A stretch of 32,000 nucleotides of DNA from Dubosiella newyorkensis (lineage in GTDB: Bacteria; Bacillota_I; Bacilli_A; Erysipelotrichales; Erysipelotrichaceae). Both the position numbers and the translations under genes were made by a program. The notes under the pieces were generated by a model. The model saw only the letters and a program-made list of their open reading frames with translations, ran no database searches and had not been told where the DNA came from. Positions 1 through 9,417 of the stretch are shown here, in pieces (the stretch's first letter is position 1; each line of letters starts with the position of its first letter). The stretch lies in contig NZ_MPKA01000055.1 of NCBI RefSeq assembly GCF_001945605.1, positions 1 through 32,000 of the forward strand, in the 5' to 3' direction.

Positions 1-56
1 TAGCGCTCAACAACAGATAATTTAAAATCTATAGTGTATTTTGATTTTCTTCCCAT
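1..56 (-). CDS. IS3-family transposase OrfA, first 18 codons only (gene runs off the left edge)
   Basis: Minus-strand ATG at 56-54 lies 8 nt downstream of AGGGGG (complement of 65-70). It reads MGRKSKYTIDFKLSVVER..., which resembles the K-Y-[ST]-x-[ED]-F-K-L-x-V-V N-terminal HTH signature of IS3/IS150-group OrfA proteins (recognised from memory). It is too short to appear in the ORF track. Confidence 0.4.
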   Translation of the reverse strand, partial: MGRKSKYTIDFKLSVVER

Positions 57-125
57 ATAAAAAGCCCCCTAATAGGACCTCCAAATTTAGTTGTTTGGCG
101 TGTCTACTATTAGGGGAGCTTATCA
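1..125 (-). mobile_element. Left end of an IS3-family insertion sequence (partial), inserted into the IS256-like transposase gene
   Basis: The minus strand from 125 reads TGATAAGCTCCCCTAATAG..., a TG-type terminus. A 10-bp inverted repeat (66-75 / 107-116) lies upstream of the orfA start. The IS256 transposase similarity ends at about 127, exactly at this boundary. Confidence 0.35.
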
Positions 126-558
126 ATTCGTCCCTTCTTTTATATTTAGGTAGAAAAGAAGTATAGAATTCGCCCAGCCGGTCTCTTGGGATCTTTACAG
201 TGATCGATCCGAATTTCGTATCGATCTTTCTGGAATAGCTTCCGTTTCGGCAGTTGGCATTATCCGAACGGGCATACTTTTCATAATCGAGAAAAGCCGT
301 CAGTTCATAAGCCATAATGTCATTGACCGTATTTTCAAGAGAAGAGCGGAAGTATTCCAGCATGAACTGCTCTAAAGCAGGCAAATTATTTTCATTTACG
401 AATAGAGTTTTGACGATATCTGTAGTAATATCAAACATGGGAAATGTCCTTTCTAGTATTTGTTTGGTCGAACTAATCTTACTAAGGATATTTCCTTTTT
501 TCTATTCTATTTAGGAAACAAATCTACCTATTTACACAAAATATTTTACACTCTCAGG
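126..558 (-). mobile_element. IS256-family IS remnant (5' end with terminal repeat region retained, 3' two-thirds lost)
   Basis: About 100 nt of leader separates the transposase ATG (438) from an end region at 531-558. On the minus strand this region carries two GTGTAAA motifs, reminiscent of the IS256 terminal repeat ...TTGTGTAAAA. The end abuts the truncated ABC gene. Confidence 0.55.
127..438 (-). pseudogene. IS256-family transposase, N-terminal ~104 aa fragment
   Basis: ORF 22..438 begins MFDITTDIVKTLF...LTAFLDYEKYARS...GSYSRKIDTKFGSITVKIPRDRLGEF...KYKRRDE, which is typical of the IS256-family N-terminus. Similarity stops after aa 104, and the remaining 34 codons are read-through into the inserted IS3 end. 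Full-length enzymes are about 390 aa. Confidence 0.8.
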
Positions 559-562
559 GATC

Positions 563-1468
563 ATGATGATAATTAGTGTATTAACACAAGTTTTTATATT
601 TTATATTGGAGGATTACTTATTTTAAATAAGAAATTATCTATAGGAATATTGATTATTATATTGAATTATTATTCATCCTTATTAGATAGTATTCAAATT
701 TTAATAGAATTTGGAAAAGAATACCTAAGTGCAGAAGCAAGTTATGATAGATTGAAGAAAAGTGTAAAGGATAGTTTTTTAAGAAAAAAGATAACAAAAA
801 AAAGTGTAAAAAAGATAGAATTTCAAAATGTTTCTTTTGAATATGAGAAAAACCATAAATTGTTTGACATATCAATGACATTAGAAAAAAATAGAATATA
901 CCAGCTAAGTGGAAATAATGGAAAAGGAAAATCAACATTTATATTTTTGATGTGTGGATTATTTAAAGATGAATACCATGGTGTAATATTATATGATTCG
1001 TTAGAACAAAAAGAATTGAATATAGAGAAGATGAATGAATATATGATCTCAATATGTGAACAAGATCCTTATTTGTTTGATGGAACGATTAATGAAAACT
1101 TGTGTTGTAAAACAAAAAAAGAAAAAAGAGCTGACTTGAGAAGATTATTAATAGATTTCGGGTTATTTGACAAAATAAATTCATTAGATAATAAATTTGA
1201 AACTCAAATTTCATCATTAAATACCATTCTTTCTGGTGGAGAAAAACAAAAAATAGCGATTATCAGAACATTAATATCTGATGGGGATGTATTGATTTTT
1301 GATGAACCATTATCTGCTTTAGATAAAAAAAGTAAAATTGTATTTCAAGAGGAAATAAGTAAAATAAAGGATAAAATAGTAATAATTATAAGTCATGAAG
1401 AATTAAAGAAAATTAAAAAGAATATAGTCTTGATTAAGTTGGCACCTAAAGAAGAAAATGAAATTTAA
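563..1468 (+). pseudogene. 5'-truncated fused ABC exporter (last TM helices + ATPase domain), bacteriocin/peptide-exporter-like
   Basis: The product has Walker A GNNGKGKST, Q-loop CEQDPYLF, signature LSGGEKQKIAI, Walker B VLIFDEPLSALD and H-loop IIISHE. Only about 90 aa of membrane domain precede the NBD, whereas full-length proteins have about 300 aa. The sequence is extremely AT-rich compared with its flanks. Confidence 0.8.
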
Positions 1469-1716
1469 AAACATTAAATTATCTTAAAAAATGTATTTTC
1501 TTGGATTTTTGTTCTGGCAGTTTGGGACGCTCGCCCTTGGATTTTGTTCCTCTATGATTTCCAACGATGCTCGTTTGGTAATTCTCGAACTTGAAATGCA
1601 GAGCAGGTATCCTGTGCAATTGCTTGCTTTGTGCGAATGATTGCCAATCTGATCCTGAATCTCGTAATCGTTGCGGTACTGGTCATTGTGTTTTTTTTCA
1701 TTCTCAAAAATCAATA

Positions 1717-1760
1717 AAATTGCGGTTGAAATCGCCTTGAACGGGCATCAACCGCAATTT
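1717..1760. terminator. Intrinsic terminator of the kdp operon (possibly bidirectional)
   Basis: The 13-nt arms AAATTGCGGTTGA (1717-1729) and TCAACCGCAATTT (1748-1760) are perfectly complementary, with an 18-nt partly pairable loop. On the minus strand the hairpin starts at the kdpE stop codon and is followed by TTTATTGATTTTT. Confidence 0.7.
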
Positions 1761-2404
1761 TCCTCTCGAACCATTTTATAACCAACCCCAAAATTCGTCT
1801 CAATGAAACGATGATCCAGCTTCTTGCGAAGCATCGTCATATACACCCGAAGATTGCTCATATCCGATTCAAAGGTGCTATTCCAGATCTGTTTGGTGAT
1901 GTAGTTGCGCGTGAGCACCTTGCCTGGATTTTTAGAAAACAAAACGATCAACCGATACTCCAAAGGCGTTAAATGCAGACGCTTATGATCTAAATACACT
2001 TCTTGTTCTTCATAGTGGATCTCCAGTCCCCCATTGACAAATATGGTTTGGGCCGGAATCACTCCGCTCTGCTCCATCCTTCGAGAAATGACCCGGATCC
2101 TAGCCAACAATTCCTCCACCGAAAACGGCTTGGTTAAATAATCGTCAGCGCCAAGATCAAGCGCTTCGATCTTATCTGTATCTTCGCTGCGCGCAGAAAG
2201 AACAAGAATCGGCGTCTGTGCGAACTCGCGAATCTTACGAATGATCTCTTTTCCATCAAGATCCGGCTTTTCACTCAAAAAAAGACGGAGCGCTTCCTTT
2301 CCATTTCTTGCTTGGATCATCGGATATTCCGAAATCTCAAAAAGCGTTTTTAAAAGACTCGCCATCTGCGCGTCATCTTCAATACTTAAAATCAGAGGTT
2401 TCAT
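1748..2404 (-). CDS. kdpE: KdpE-type OmpR-family response regulator, with the receiver beta3/phospho-acceptor segment missing
   Basis: The 218-aa product has a receiver domain (LILSIEDD, LSARS, DDYLTKPF) and a winged-helix C-terminus (LTPLEYRLIVL...VGYKM). SD AGGAGAAG precedes the ATG at 2404, and the gene overlaps kdpD by 26 nt. See the finding on the KPDL|DGKEI junction. Confidence 0.85.
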   Translation of the reverse strand: MKPLILSIEDDAQMASLLKTLFEISEYPMIQARNGKEALRLFLSEKPDLDGKEIIRKIREFAQTPILVLSARSEDTDKIEALDLGADDYLTKPFSVEELLARIRVISRRMEQSGVIPAQTIFVNGGLEIHYEEQEVYLDHKRLHLTPLEYRLIVLFSKNPGKVLTRNYITKQIWNSTFESDMSNLRVYMTMLRKKLDHRFIETNFGVGYKMVREENCG

Positions 2405-5000
2405 ATTCTTCTCCTACAGCAGGCAATTCAATATGGAAGCAGGTGCCTGGATCCCTGTTGAGGCATGTGATCGTCCCATGATGCGCTTCCACGATACTTT
2501 TCACTAAAGAAAGACCAAGACCCATGCTTCGGCTTCCATCCGCGAATACACTCGATTTTTGAGCGAAAGGCTCGAACAAACACACCCTTTGCTTATCATC
2601 GATTCCAGGACCTTCATCGATCACATCCACGACAACCCTTTCTTCTTTCTTCATTCCTTGGATCTGGATCGGCGTGCCCTCAGGCGTATGCAAGATCGCG
2701 TTGTTGATCAAGTTCATCATCACCTGCACCATGAGCCGCCCATCCAAAAAACCAACACAATCCGGACCGATCTCGATTTGAAGCGGATGCTTCTTCACAT
2801 TCAAATTGACATGCGCCAAAGCCTGATGGACGACCTCATCAAGATCGACCATCTCTTTGTCCAACCGAACCTCATCATGATCCAATCGGCTCAGCAACAA
2901 CAAATTCTCCACCGTATCCTTCAGCCAGCTCGCCTCTTCAGAAATACTCTTCGCCAATCTGCTTTGTTGAACTTGAGAAAGTTCGCAACAAGAAAGAAGA
3001 TCCGCGCTCGCCTTGATCGTTGTCAAAGGCGTTCGCAAATCATGACTGATCGAACGAAGCAAGCTCGCTTTGAGCTGCTGCTGATGCGCCAGCCAAGCCG
3101 CCTCTTCCTTTTCTTTGGCGATCTCGATGTTTTCAAACGCCAAAGCCGCCTGATTCAACAAAGAAAGGAGCACAATATTTTGATTTGGCGACAAAGGGCC
3201 ATTTTTCATATCGATCCCGAGCACACCAAAGATCTTTTTCTCGCGCCGGATCGCCAAATAAAGACCCCGCGCCCCCGAAAGCGTATCCGTTCCCGCGCCC
3301 GCGCGCCGATTGTTTTTCAGAGTCCATAAAGCGACCGCTTGCTCCTTCGTATTCAAGAAAGGACCTGGGTCCTTCGAAAAGACAGGCTTGGCCAGCGAGT
3401 CCTGCGCATTCGGATACAAAACGACAGGCCGATCCATAAAATCGCCAATCTCTTGAACAAGATAATTTTCTATAGCGCTTCTCGTAACCAAACTCTGCAG
3501 CTTCTGGGACGCTTGATATAATAGCGCATTTTGCAAGGCCGCCTCTTCAGAAATGCTCGCCTGTGCCCGCAAACGGATCGAAAGCTTAGAAACAAGAAGC
3601 GAAAGAATGAGCATGACCCCAAAAACAACTAAATAGCCTCGATCGAACATGATCAAAGAAGAAACAGGATGCGCGAAACGATACCCAAAAATAAAGACAC
3701 ACAAACCCCACGAAAAAAGGGCCTGCAACCAATGACGAGCAAACAAAGCACAAAGAAAATCTGCCAAAATAAAGATTGCCAACAAATTGGCCTGCGAAAA
3801 ACCAAAAGCCTCGAGAACGATCGCGATCGCTACCGCACAAACCAGCACCCCCAACAACAAGCCGATTCCATCCAAAAACGGATTCGTATGACCTTTGTTT
3901 GAACGAGTGAGCGAATACGATGGAGACACGTCGGGATCGGGCAAAATAAAGATCTGCGCCTGCGGAGCGCTCGCCGCCAACTTTTCCGCAAACGAGCGAC
4001 GACCAAACGCGCTTTTTCTCCCTTGCCTTCCGATCACGATCTTGCTTACGCGCATCGAATTGGCAAACGAACCAATCTCTTTCGCAATATCTTCCCCATA
4101 TACAGATTCAACGCTAGCACCCAGCCGATCCGCCAATCGAATGTTCTCCTGAAGTCTGGCCTTATCTTCGTCGCTCATCTCTAAATGCTCTGGACCTTGA
4201 ATATACAAAGCTAAAAAATTCGCGTCAAAAGCGCGCGCCATCTCGCTAGCCGAGCGGATGATCCTCGCATTGGAAGGAGAAGGAGAAAGACAAACAAGCA
4301 CTTGTTCTTGCACATCCGGCACGCTCTTTTTTAACGCCAGCCGGCTCGCGCATCTTCGCAATGCGATCTCGCGCAAAGCCATCAAATGATCAAACGTGAA
4401 GAAATTTTCGCTCGCCAAACGCGCCTGCTCTTTCGCGTAGATCTTTCCTTCATGGAGCCGTTCGAGAAGATCGCTGATCTCCAAATCGATCAACTCGATC
4501 TGATCGGCTAGATCGAAGACATCATCGGGAATCCTTTCTTGAACGAGGATTCCCGTAATCGAAGCCACCTTATCGTGCAGACTTTCCAAATGCTGCACAT
4601 TCAAAGTCGTATACACATCAATACCATGCACCAACAATTCGCGAATGTCTTTATATCGCTTTGCGTGGCGGCTTCCTTTCGCATTGGTATGCGCCAACTC
4701 ATCTACCAACACAAGCTGGGGCGCGCGATGTAAGATCGCGTCAAGATCCATCTCTTTTTGCTCGATCCCTTTATATTCGATCGTTCGCGTGCTAACGGTT
4801 TCTAGACCTTTCGCCTTGTTCATCGTCTCCGGCCGATCGTGCGGTTCAAGATAACCGATCACGACATCGACTCCTTTTTTTTGAGCGCTTTGTCCTGCAT
4901 CAAGCATGGCCCACGTTTTCCCGGTCCCAGCCGCGTAGCCAAAAAAGATCTTCAATTTTCCGCGATGACTCAACGCATCGCCGCTTGTCGTTTGGTTCAT
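2379..5000 (-). CDS. kdpD: KdpD osmosensitive K+ channel sensor histidine kinase
   Basis: The 873-aa product has an N-terminal KdpD domain with Walker A GYAAGTGKT, a Usp-like region, a hydrophobic four-helix block (about aa 385-480), H-box SISHDLRTPLTTI, and HATPase motifs NLINNAILHT, DEGPGI and GLGLSLV. Confidence 0.95.
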   Translation of the reverse strand: MNQTTSGDALSHRGKLKIFFGYAAGTGKTWAMLDAGQSAQKKGVDVVIGYLEPHDRPETMNKAKGLETVSTRTIEYKGIEQKEMDLDAILHRAPQLVLVDELAHTNAKGSRHAKRYKDIRELLVHGIDVYTTLNVQHLESLHDKVASITGILVQERIPDDVFDLADQIELIDLEISDLLERLHEGKIYAKEQARLASENFFTFDHLMALREIALRRCASRLALKKSVPDVQEQVLVCLSPSPSNARIIRSASEMARAFDANFLALYIQGPEHLEMSDEDKARLQENIRLADRLGASVESVYGEDIAKEIGSFANSMRVSKIVIGRQGRKSAFGRRSFAEKLAASAPQAQIFILPDPDVSPSYSLTRSNKGHTNPFLDGIGLLLGVLVCAVAIAIVLEAFGFSQANLLAIFILADFLCALFARHWLQALFSWGLCVFIFGYRFAHPVSSLIMFDRGYLVVFGVMLILSLLVSKLSIRLRAQASISEEAALQNALLYQASQKLQSLVTRSAIENYLVQEIGDFMDRPVVLYPNAQDSLAKPVFSKDPGPFLNTKEQAVALWTLKNNRRAGAGTDTLSGARGLYLAIRREKKIFGVLGIDMKNGPLSPNQNIVLLSLLNQAALAFENIEIAKEKEEAAWLAHQQQLKASLLRSISHDLRTPLTTIKASADLLSCCELSQVQQSRLAKSISEEASWLKDTVENLLLLSRLDHDEVRLDKEMVDLDEVVHQALAHVNLNVKKHPLQIEIGPDCVGFLDGRLMVQVMMNLINNAILHTPEGTPIQIQGMKKEERVVVDVIDEGPGIDDKQRVCLFEPFAQKSSVFADGSRSMGLGLSLVKSIVEAHHGTITCLNRDPGTCFHIELPAVGEEYETSDFKY

Positions 5001-5037
5001 TGACGTATCCTCTTCCTAACAGCATGGAAAGCCGCGC

Positions 5038-5631
5038 TTATTGGAGCGCAGCTTTTTGTTGGTCAAGAGCTAGATTCACTTCTATGACGTTCACTGTTTT
5101 TTCTTCCAAAAGGGAAGGATTGATGTTGTTTTCGATGATCTGCTTCACTTTTTCTTCGCTCAACCTAGAAGCTTTTGCGATCCGAGGCGCTTGCCATAAA
5201 GCGGCCGATAAAGAAAGATCCGGATCATAGCCTGAAGCGCTAAATGTGACAAGCTCTTGAGGGATCTCTTTCGACGCGTCCGGATTCGAAAGCTCTATAT
5301 ACTTTGTCCAAGCCTCTTTTTCTTTTAAATACTCTGGATCGGCAGGATCGTTGTTGGCAGGAACTCCGATAAGAGTCCAAGAGCCATCGGTTTGCTGGAT
5401 CGCTTGTTTCTTTTGCCGTCTTCCCCATAAGTGGCTTGGATCCTTGTAGTTTTCTCCAGCCAATAGGCTCGTCTTGCCATTTTGTGTAGCTACAAAGGAG
5501 CCAGCCGCTTTATCTGGAAAGAAAAGCTGGCTGATCCCCCATAAAGAAAACGAATAAAGAAAGCCTAAGACAAGAGTCGAGGCAATGAGCACCTTCAAAG
5601 AAGGAATGAATGCTTTGATATATGTTTTCAT
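5038..5631 (-). CDS. kdpC: K+-transporting ATPase subunit KdpC
   Basis: The 197-aa product has a single N-terminal TM helix followed by a soluble domain. It sits between kdpB and kdpD, and AAGGAA lies upstream of the ATG. Confidence 0.9.
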   Translation of the reverse strand: MKTYIKAFIPSLKVLIASTLVLGFLYSFSLWGISQLFFPDKAAGSFVATQNGKTSLLAGENYKDPSHLWGRRQKKQAIQQTDGSWTLIGVPANNDPADPEYLKEKEAWTKYIELSNPDASKEIPQELVTFSASGYDPDLSLSAALWQAPRIAKASRLSEEKVKQIIENNINPSLLEEKTVNVIEVNLALDQQKAALQ

Positions 5632-5644
5632 AAATGAATATTCC

Positions 5645-7687
5645 TTATCCTATAAATAGAGTGATGATCATGTCAATTAACTTGATTCCAATAAATGGCG
5701 TGATGATCCCGCCAAGCCCATATACGAGCAAATTTTGCGCTAATAGCTTGTTGGCAGGCAGCTCTCGATATTTGACTCCTTTTAAAGCGAGCGGTATAAG
5801 AGCGACGATGATCAACGCGTTAAAGAGTACAGCCGATAAGATCGCCGACTCGGAAGAGTGTAGATGCATGATATTCAAGACCTCGAGTCCTGGATAGATC
5901 GTTGTAAAAAGCGCAGGAATGATCGCGAAATACTTAGCCGCATCATTGGCAATCGAAAAGGTCGTTAAAGCGCCTCGCGTCATGAGCAGCTGCTTGCCGA
6001 TCTTGACGATCTGGATCAGCTTTGTTGGAGAAGAATCGAGATCGACCATATTTCCAGCCTCTTTGGCGGCTTGTGTTCCAGTATTCATCGCCACCGCGAC
6101 ATCGGCTTGCGCAAGGGCTGGCGCATCGTTTGTCCCATCGCCCGTCATCGCGACAAGATGGCCTTTCTTTTGATAGTCTTTGATCATCGCAAGCTTTCCT
6201 TCCGGTGTGGCTTGGGCTAGAAAATCATCGACACCCGCTTCAGCGGCGATCGCAGCCGCCGTCAAAGGATTGTCGCCTGTGATCATGATCGTTTTGATTC
6301 CCATCTTTCGCATGTCCTCGAATTTTTCTTGGACCCCTTCTTTGATAATATCTTTAAGATGGATCACGCCTAGCACTCGTTCGTTTTCGAGCACGACAAG
6401 AGGCGTTCCCCCCGAGCGCGCGATCTTCTCCACGAGTTTATCGGTTTCCTTTGGCCAGGCGATCTTATTTTTTTGAACAAACGCTTTGACAGAATCAGCC
6501 GCCCCTTTGCGAATTTGATAGGAACCGAATAAAACACCGCTCATCCGCGTCATCGCGCTGAATGGAATAAATTCCATCGCAGCATCTTTTTCACGCTCGA
6601 TCTGATATCGTTCTTTGGCCAGCTGCAGCACGCTTCTTCCTTCTGGGGTATCATCGGCAAGCGAAGAAAGCGTGGCCGCTAAAGCGAGCTCTCTTTCCTC
6701 CACACCTTCCACTGGAAGAAAAGCGACCGCTTGCCGATTGCCAAGCGTGATCGTTCCCGTTTTATCTAAAAGCAAAACGTCGACATCGCCTGCCGCTTCG
6801 ATCGCTCTTCCGCTCATCGCCAAGACATTTTCTTGATTGAGGCGGCTCATTCCCGCGATCCCGATAGCCGAAAGAAGCGCGCCGATCGTCGTGGGAGCCA
6901 AGCATACCAAAAGGGCGATCAAAGTCGTGATGCTCGTAGGATTCGGGATCCCTTGTTCTTGGGCCGCAAATTCCGAAAACCCATACATGGCTAAAACCAC
7001 AAGAATAAAAATCAAAGTCAAAGCGAGCAGGAAGATCTGAAGAGCGATCTCGTTGGGCGTCTTTTTTCGAGAGGCGCCTTCGACCATCGCGATCATCTTA
7101 TCTAGAAAGCCTTCCCCCGCTTCCTGGCTGATTTGAACGACGATCGAATCGGAAAGGACCCTCGTTCCTCCGCTTACAGCGCTTCGATCGCCGCCCGCTT
7201 CGCGAATGACAGGCGCCGATTCGCCTGTAATCGCGCTTTCATCGATGGAAGCCGCCCCTTCGATCACATCGCCATCGGCAGGAATGAGCATTCCAGCCTC
7301 AACAAGGACTAGATCGCCTTTATGCAGCTGAGTCGAATTGACTTTTGTGATGGTCTCTTTCGTTTCGATCGATTCGATCCGAAACGCTTCGATATCTTTT
7401 TTCGCTTTCCGTAAAGAATCGGCTTGCGCTTTTCCTCGCCCTTCCGCGATCGCTTCCGCAAAATTGGCAAACAAGCACGTGAACCACAACAAAAGGGCGA
7501 TCGTCAACGTATACATCGAGTGGGTATTGGCAAAGCCTAACCAGCCAGCCAAGTAGATCAGTGTGACCGCGATCGCGGAAAGATAGACTAAAAACATCAC
7601 TGGATTTTGGATCTGGGTCCTTGGATCCAGTTTTTTAAACGAGTCGAAGACCGCTCGTTTGATCATTGTCGAATTCATATGCATCAC
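5645..7687 (-). CDS. kdpB: K+-transporting P-type ATPase subunit KdpB
   Basis: The 680-aa product has the P-type motifs [15 protein letters not shown] and [10 protein letters not shown]. It abuts the kdpA stop. The start is either GTG at 7687 or, better placed relative to AGGA, ATG at 7684. Confidence 0.95.
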   Translation of the reverse strand: MMHMNSTMIKRAVFDSFKKLDPRTQIQNPVMFLVYLSAIAVTLIYLAGWLGFANTHSMYTLTIALLLWFTCLFANFAEAIAEGRGKAQADSLRKAKKDIEAFRIESIETKETITKVNSTQLHKGDLVLVEAGMLIPADGDVIEGAASIDESAITGESAPVIREAGGDRSAVSGGTRVLSDSIVVQISQEAGEGFLDKMIAMVEGASRKKTPNEIALQIFLLALTLIFILVVLAMYGFSEFAAQEQGIPNPTSITTLIALLVCLAPTTIGALLSAIGIAGMSRLNQENVLAMSGRAIEAAGDVDVLLLDKTGTITLGNRQAVAFLPVEGVEERELALAATLSSLADDTPEGRSVLQLAKERYQIEREKDAAMEFIPFSAMTRMSGVLFGSYQIRKGAADSVKAFVQKNKIAWPKETDKLVEKIARSGGTPLVVLENERVLGVIHLKDIIKEGVQEKFEDMRKMGIKTIMITGDNPLTAAAIAAEAGVDDFLAQATPEGKLAMIKDYQKKGHLVAMTGDGTNDAPALAQADVAVAMNTGTQAAKEAGNMVDLDSSPTKLIQIVKIGKQLLMTRGALTTFSIANDAAKYFAIIPALFTTIYPGLEVLNIMHLHSSESAILSAVLFNALIIVALIPLALKGVKYRELPANKLLAQNLLVYGLGGIITPFIGIKLIDMIITLFIG

Positions 7688-9364
7688 CTATCCTAAAAAT
7701 TGAGCGATCGGACCGAGCGCCAGGGCCGGAAAGAAGCTCAAAGCTCCAATAAGAAGCACGACTACGATCAATAAGAACACAAAAAGAGAAGAATCTGTTT
7801 TTAAGACACCAGCGCTTAGAGCCACCTTTTTTTTCATCCCTAAACTTCCAGCCATCGCAAGCGTGGCAAAGATCGGCACATAACGGGCTAGAAGCATGAT
7901 CACGCCGCCTACGCCATTAAAGAGCGCTTCACTCATTACGAATCCGCCCATCGCGCTTCCATTGTTGGCGCCTTGCGAAGTAAAGGCGTAAAGGATCTGT
8001 GAAAACCCGTGGGCGCCTTGTTCGATTCCGGCTGGCGGACAGAGAGAAAAGAGGGCGGAGCCAAGCAAAATACAAACTGGGGTGGCCAAACAAAGGATAA
8101 GCGCCCGCTTCATTTCATAGGGTTCGATTTTTTTCTGTAAAAACTCGGGCGTCCGTCCGACCATTAGTCCGGCAATGAACACGCTCAATACGATAAAGGC
8201 GATCATTCCATAGAGTCCAGAACCGACTCCGCCAAAAACCACTTCGCCCACTTGCATCAAGATCATGCAGATCATCGAACTCATAGGGGTCATTGAATTC
8301 AAGGCGCTATTGACAGAACCATTGGAGGCGGCTGTCGTGCTGATCGACCAGAAGGCGCTTTGCGCGATCCCCAAGCGCGCTTCTTTGCCTTCCATGTTCA
8401 TGGCTTGCATTTCTGGGATCATGCCAAAAAGCAAGGCGAGCACAAATAAGATCAGCATGGCCGCAAAGATCGCCCATCCTTGCTTGTTGTTTTTGATCAT
8501 AAAACCAAACGAGAAACAGAGCGCCATAGGCAAAAGCAGGATCAAGACGTTTTCGACAATGTTTGTCAATGGAGTCGGGTTTTCATACGGATTGGCGGCG
8601 TTTGCGGCGCTTATCCCCCCTCCATTCGTTCCGCTTTGTTTGATGGCGATTTGAGAAGCCGCCAAGCCGGAAGGAATGTTTTGTTGGGTAAGGATGGTGG
8701 CGTCCTTGACTTCTTGCCCATCAAGATAGACGATGTCCTCTTGGATCGTGGCGTCTTCTAAAAGCTGGCCGGAAGAATCGATCGCGACTGCCTCTAGCAG
8801 TGCGGAGGATGCCTGATTTTCTAGATTCATCGGCACGCCTTGCGCGCCAAGAATGAGCGCGGCCACCAAGTTGAGCGGCAATAAAATATAAACGAGACAT
8901 CCGATCAAATCTTGCCAAAAGTTGCCTAAAGCGCTCGTTTCTTTGTTGATCAAGCCGCGGATCAAAACGAAGACGACGCAGATGCCGATGGCGGCGGAAA
9001 TAAAGTTTTGAACGCTCATTCCGGCCGCTTGCGTGATCCAGTTCAAAGAAGTTTGGGGATCATACGATTGCCAGTTCGTGTTGGTGATAAACGAACACGT
9101 GGTATTGAAGGCCATCCAAGCTTCCATCCCATTGGCAAGAAGGATGAGGAACAAGACGATAAACGAGAGGAGCGAGAAAACCAAGATCGAAGCGAAGTAT
9201 TGCTTCCAATTCATTTCTCTTGAAGAAATGTGCAGGAACTTTAAGATCTTATGTTCGCTTTTTTGAATGAAGGGGATCTCTTGGTTCATGACCTTCTTGC
9301 ACCATTCGCCCATCGGAATGGCTAAAAGGATCGCTGAAAGTAAAATGACGATACAAGACAACAT
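7688..9364 (-). CDS. kdpA: K+-transporting ATPase subunit KdpA
   Basis: The 558-aa product is a polytopic membrane protein of KdpA type. SD AAGGAGAA lies upstream of the ATG at 9364. It is the first gene of the operon, and no kdpF-like ORF is seen upstream. Confidence 0.95.
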   Translation of the reverse strand: MLSCIVILLSAILLAIPMGEWCKKVMNQEIPFIQKSEHKILKFLHISSREMNWKQYFASILVFSLLSFIVLFLILLANGMEAWMAFNTTCSFITNTNWQSYDPQTSLNWITQAAGMSVQNFISAAIGICVVFVLIRGLINKETSALGNFWQDLIGCLVYILLPLNLVAALILGAQGVPMNLENQASSALLEAVAIDSSGQLLEDATIQEDIVYLDGQEVKDATILTQQNIPSGLAASQIAIKQSGTNGGGISAANAANPYENPTPLTNIVENVLILLLPMALCFSFGFMIKNNKQGWAIFAAMLILFVLALLFGMIPEMQAMNMEGKEARLGIAQSAFWSISTTAASNGSVNSALNSMTPMSSMICMILMQVGEVVFGGVGSGLYGMIAFIVLSVFIAGLMVGRTPEFLQKKIEPYEMKRALILCLATPVCILLGSALFSLCPPAGIEQGAHGFSQILYAFTSQGANNGSAMGGFVMSEALFNGVGGVIMLLARYVPIFATLAMAGSLGMKKKVALSAGVLKTDSSLFVFLLIVVVLLIGALSFFPALALGPIAQFLG

Positions 9365-9417
9365 ATCTTATTCTCCTTAACTACAGGAATAGTTATATAA
9401 AAAATGGTATAAAACGG

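Noticed and set aside
1484-1714. A 76-aa minus-strand ORF (TTG start) just beyond the kdp terminator.
   Set aside because: It has no SD and no recognisable family. It starts immediately after a terminator and overlaps alternative small plus-strand ORFs. I treat it as unassigned decayed DNA rather than a gene.
2559-3329. Long antisense ORFs inside well-supported genes: 2559-3329 (256 aa, opposite kdpD), 11662-12267 (201 aa, opposite cysK), 21286-21825 (179 aa, opposite pyrP), 25177-25662 (161 aa, opposite the dipeptidase), 10754-11167, 29674-30108 and others.
   Set aside because: Their products are low-complexity, Arg/Ser/Pro-rich and lack recognisable motifs or SDs. The opposite-strand genes have clear family signatures. 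Palindrome-rich (GATC) codon usage tends to keep the antisense frame open.
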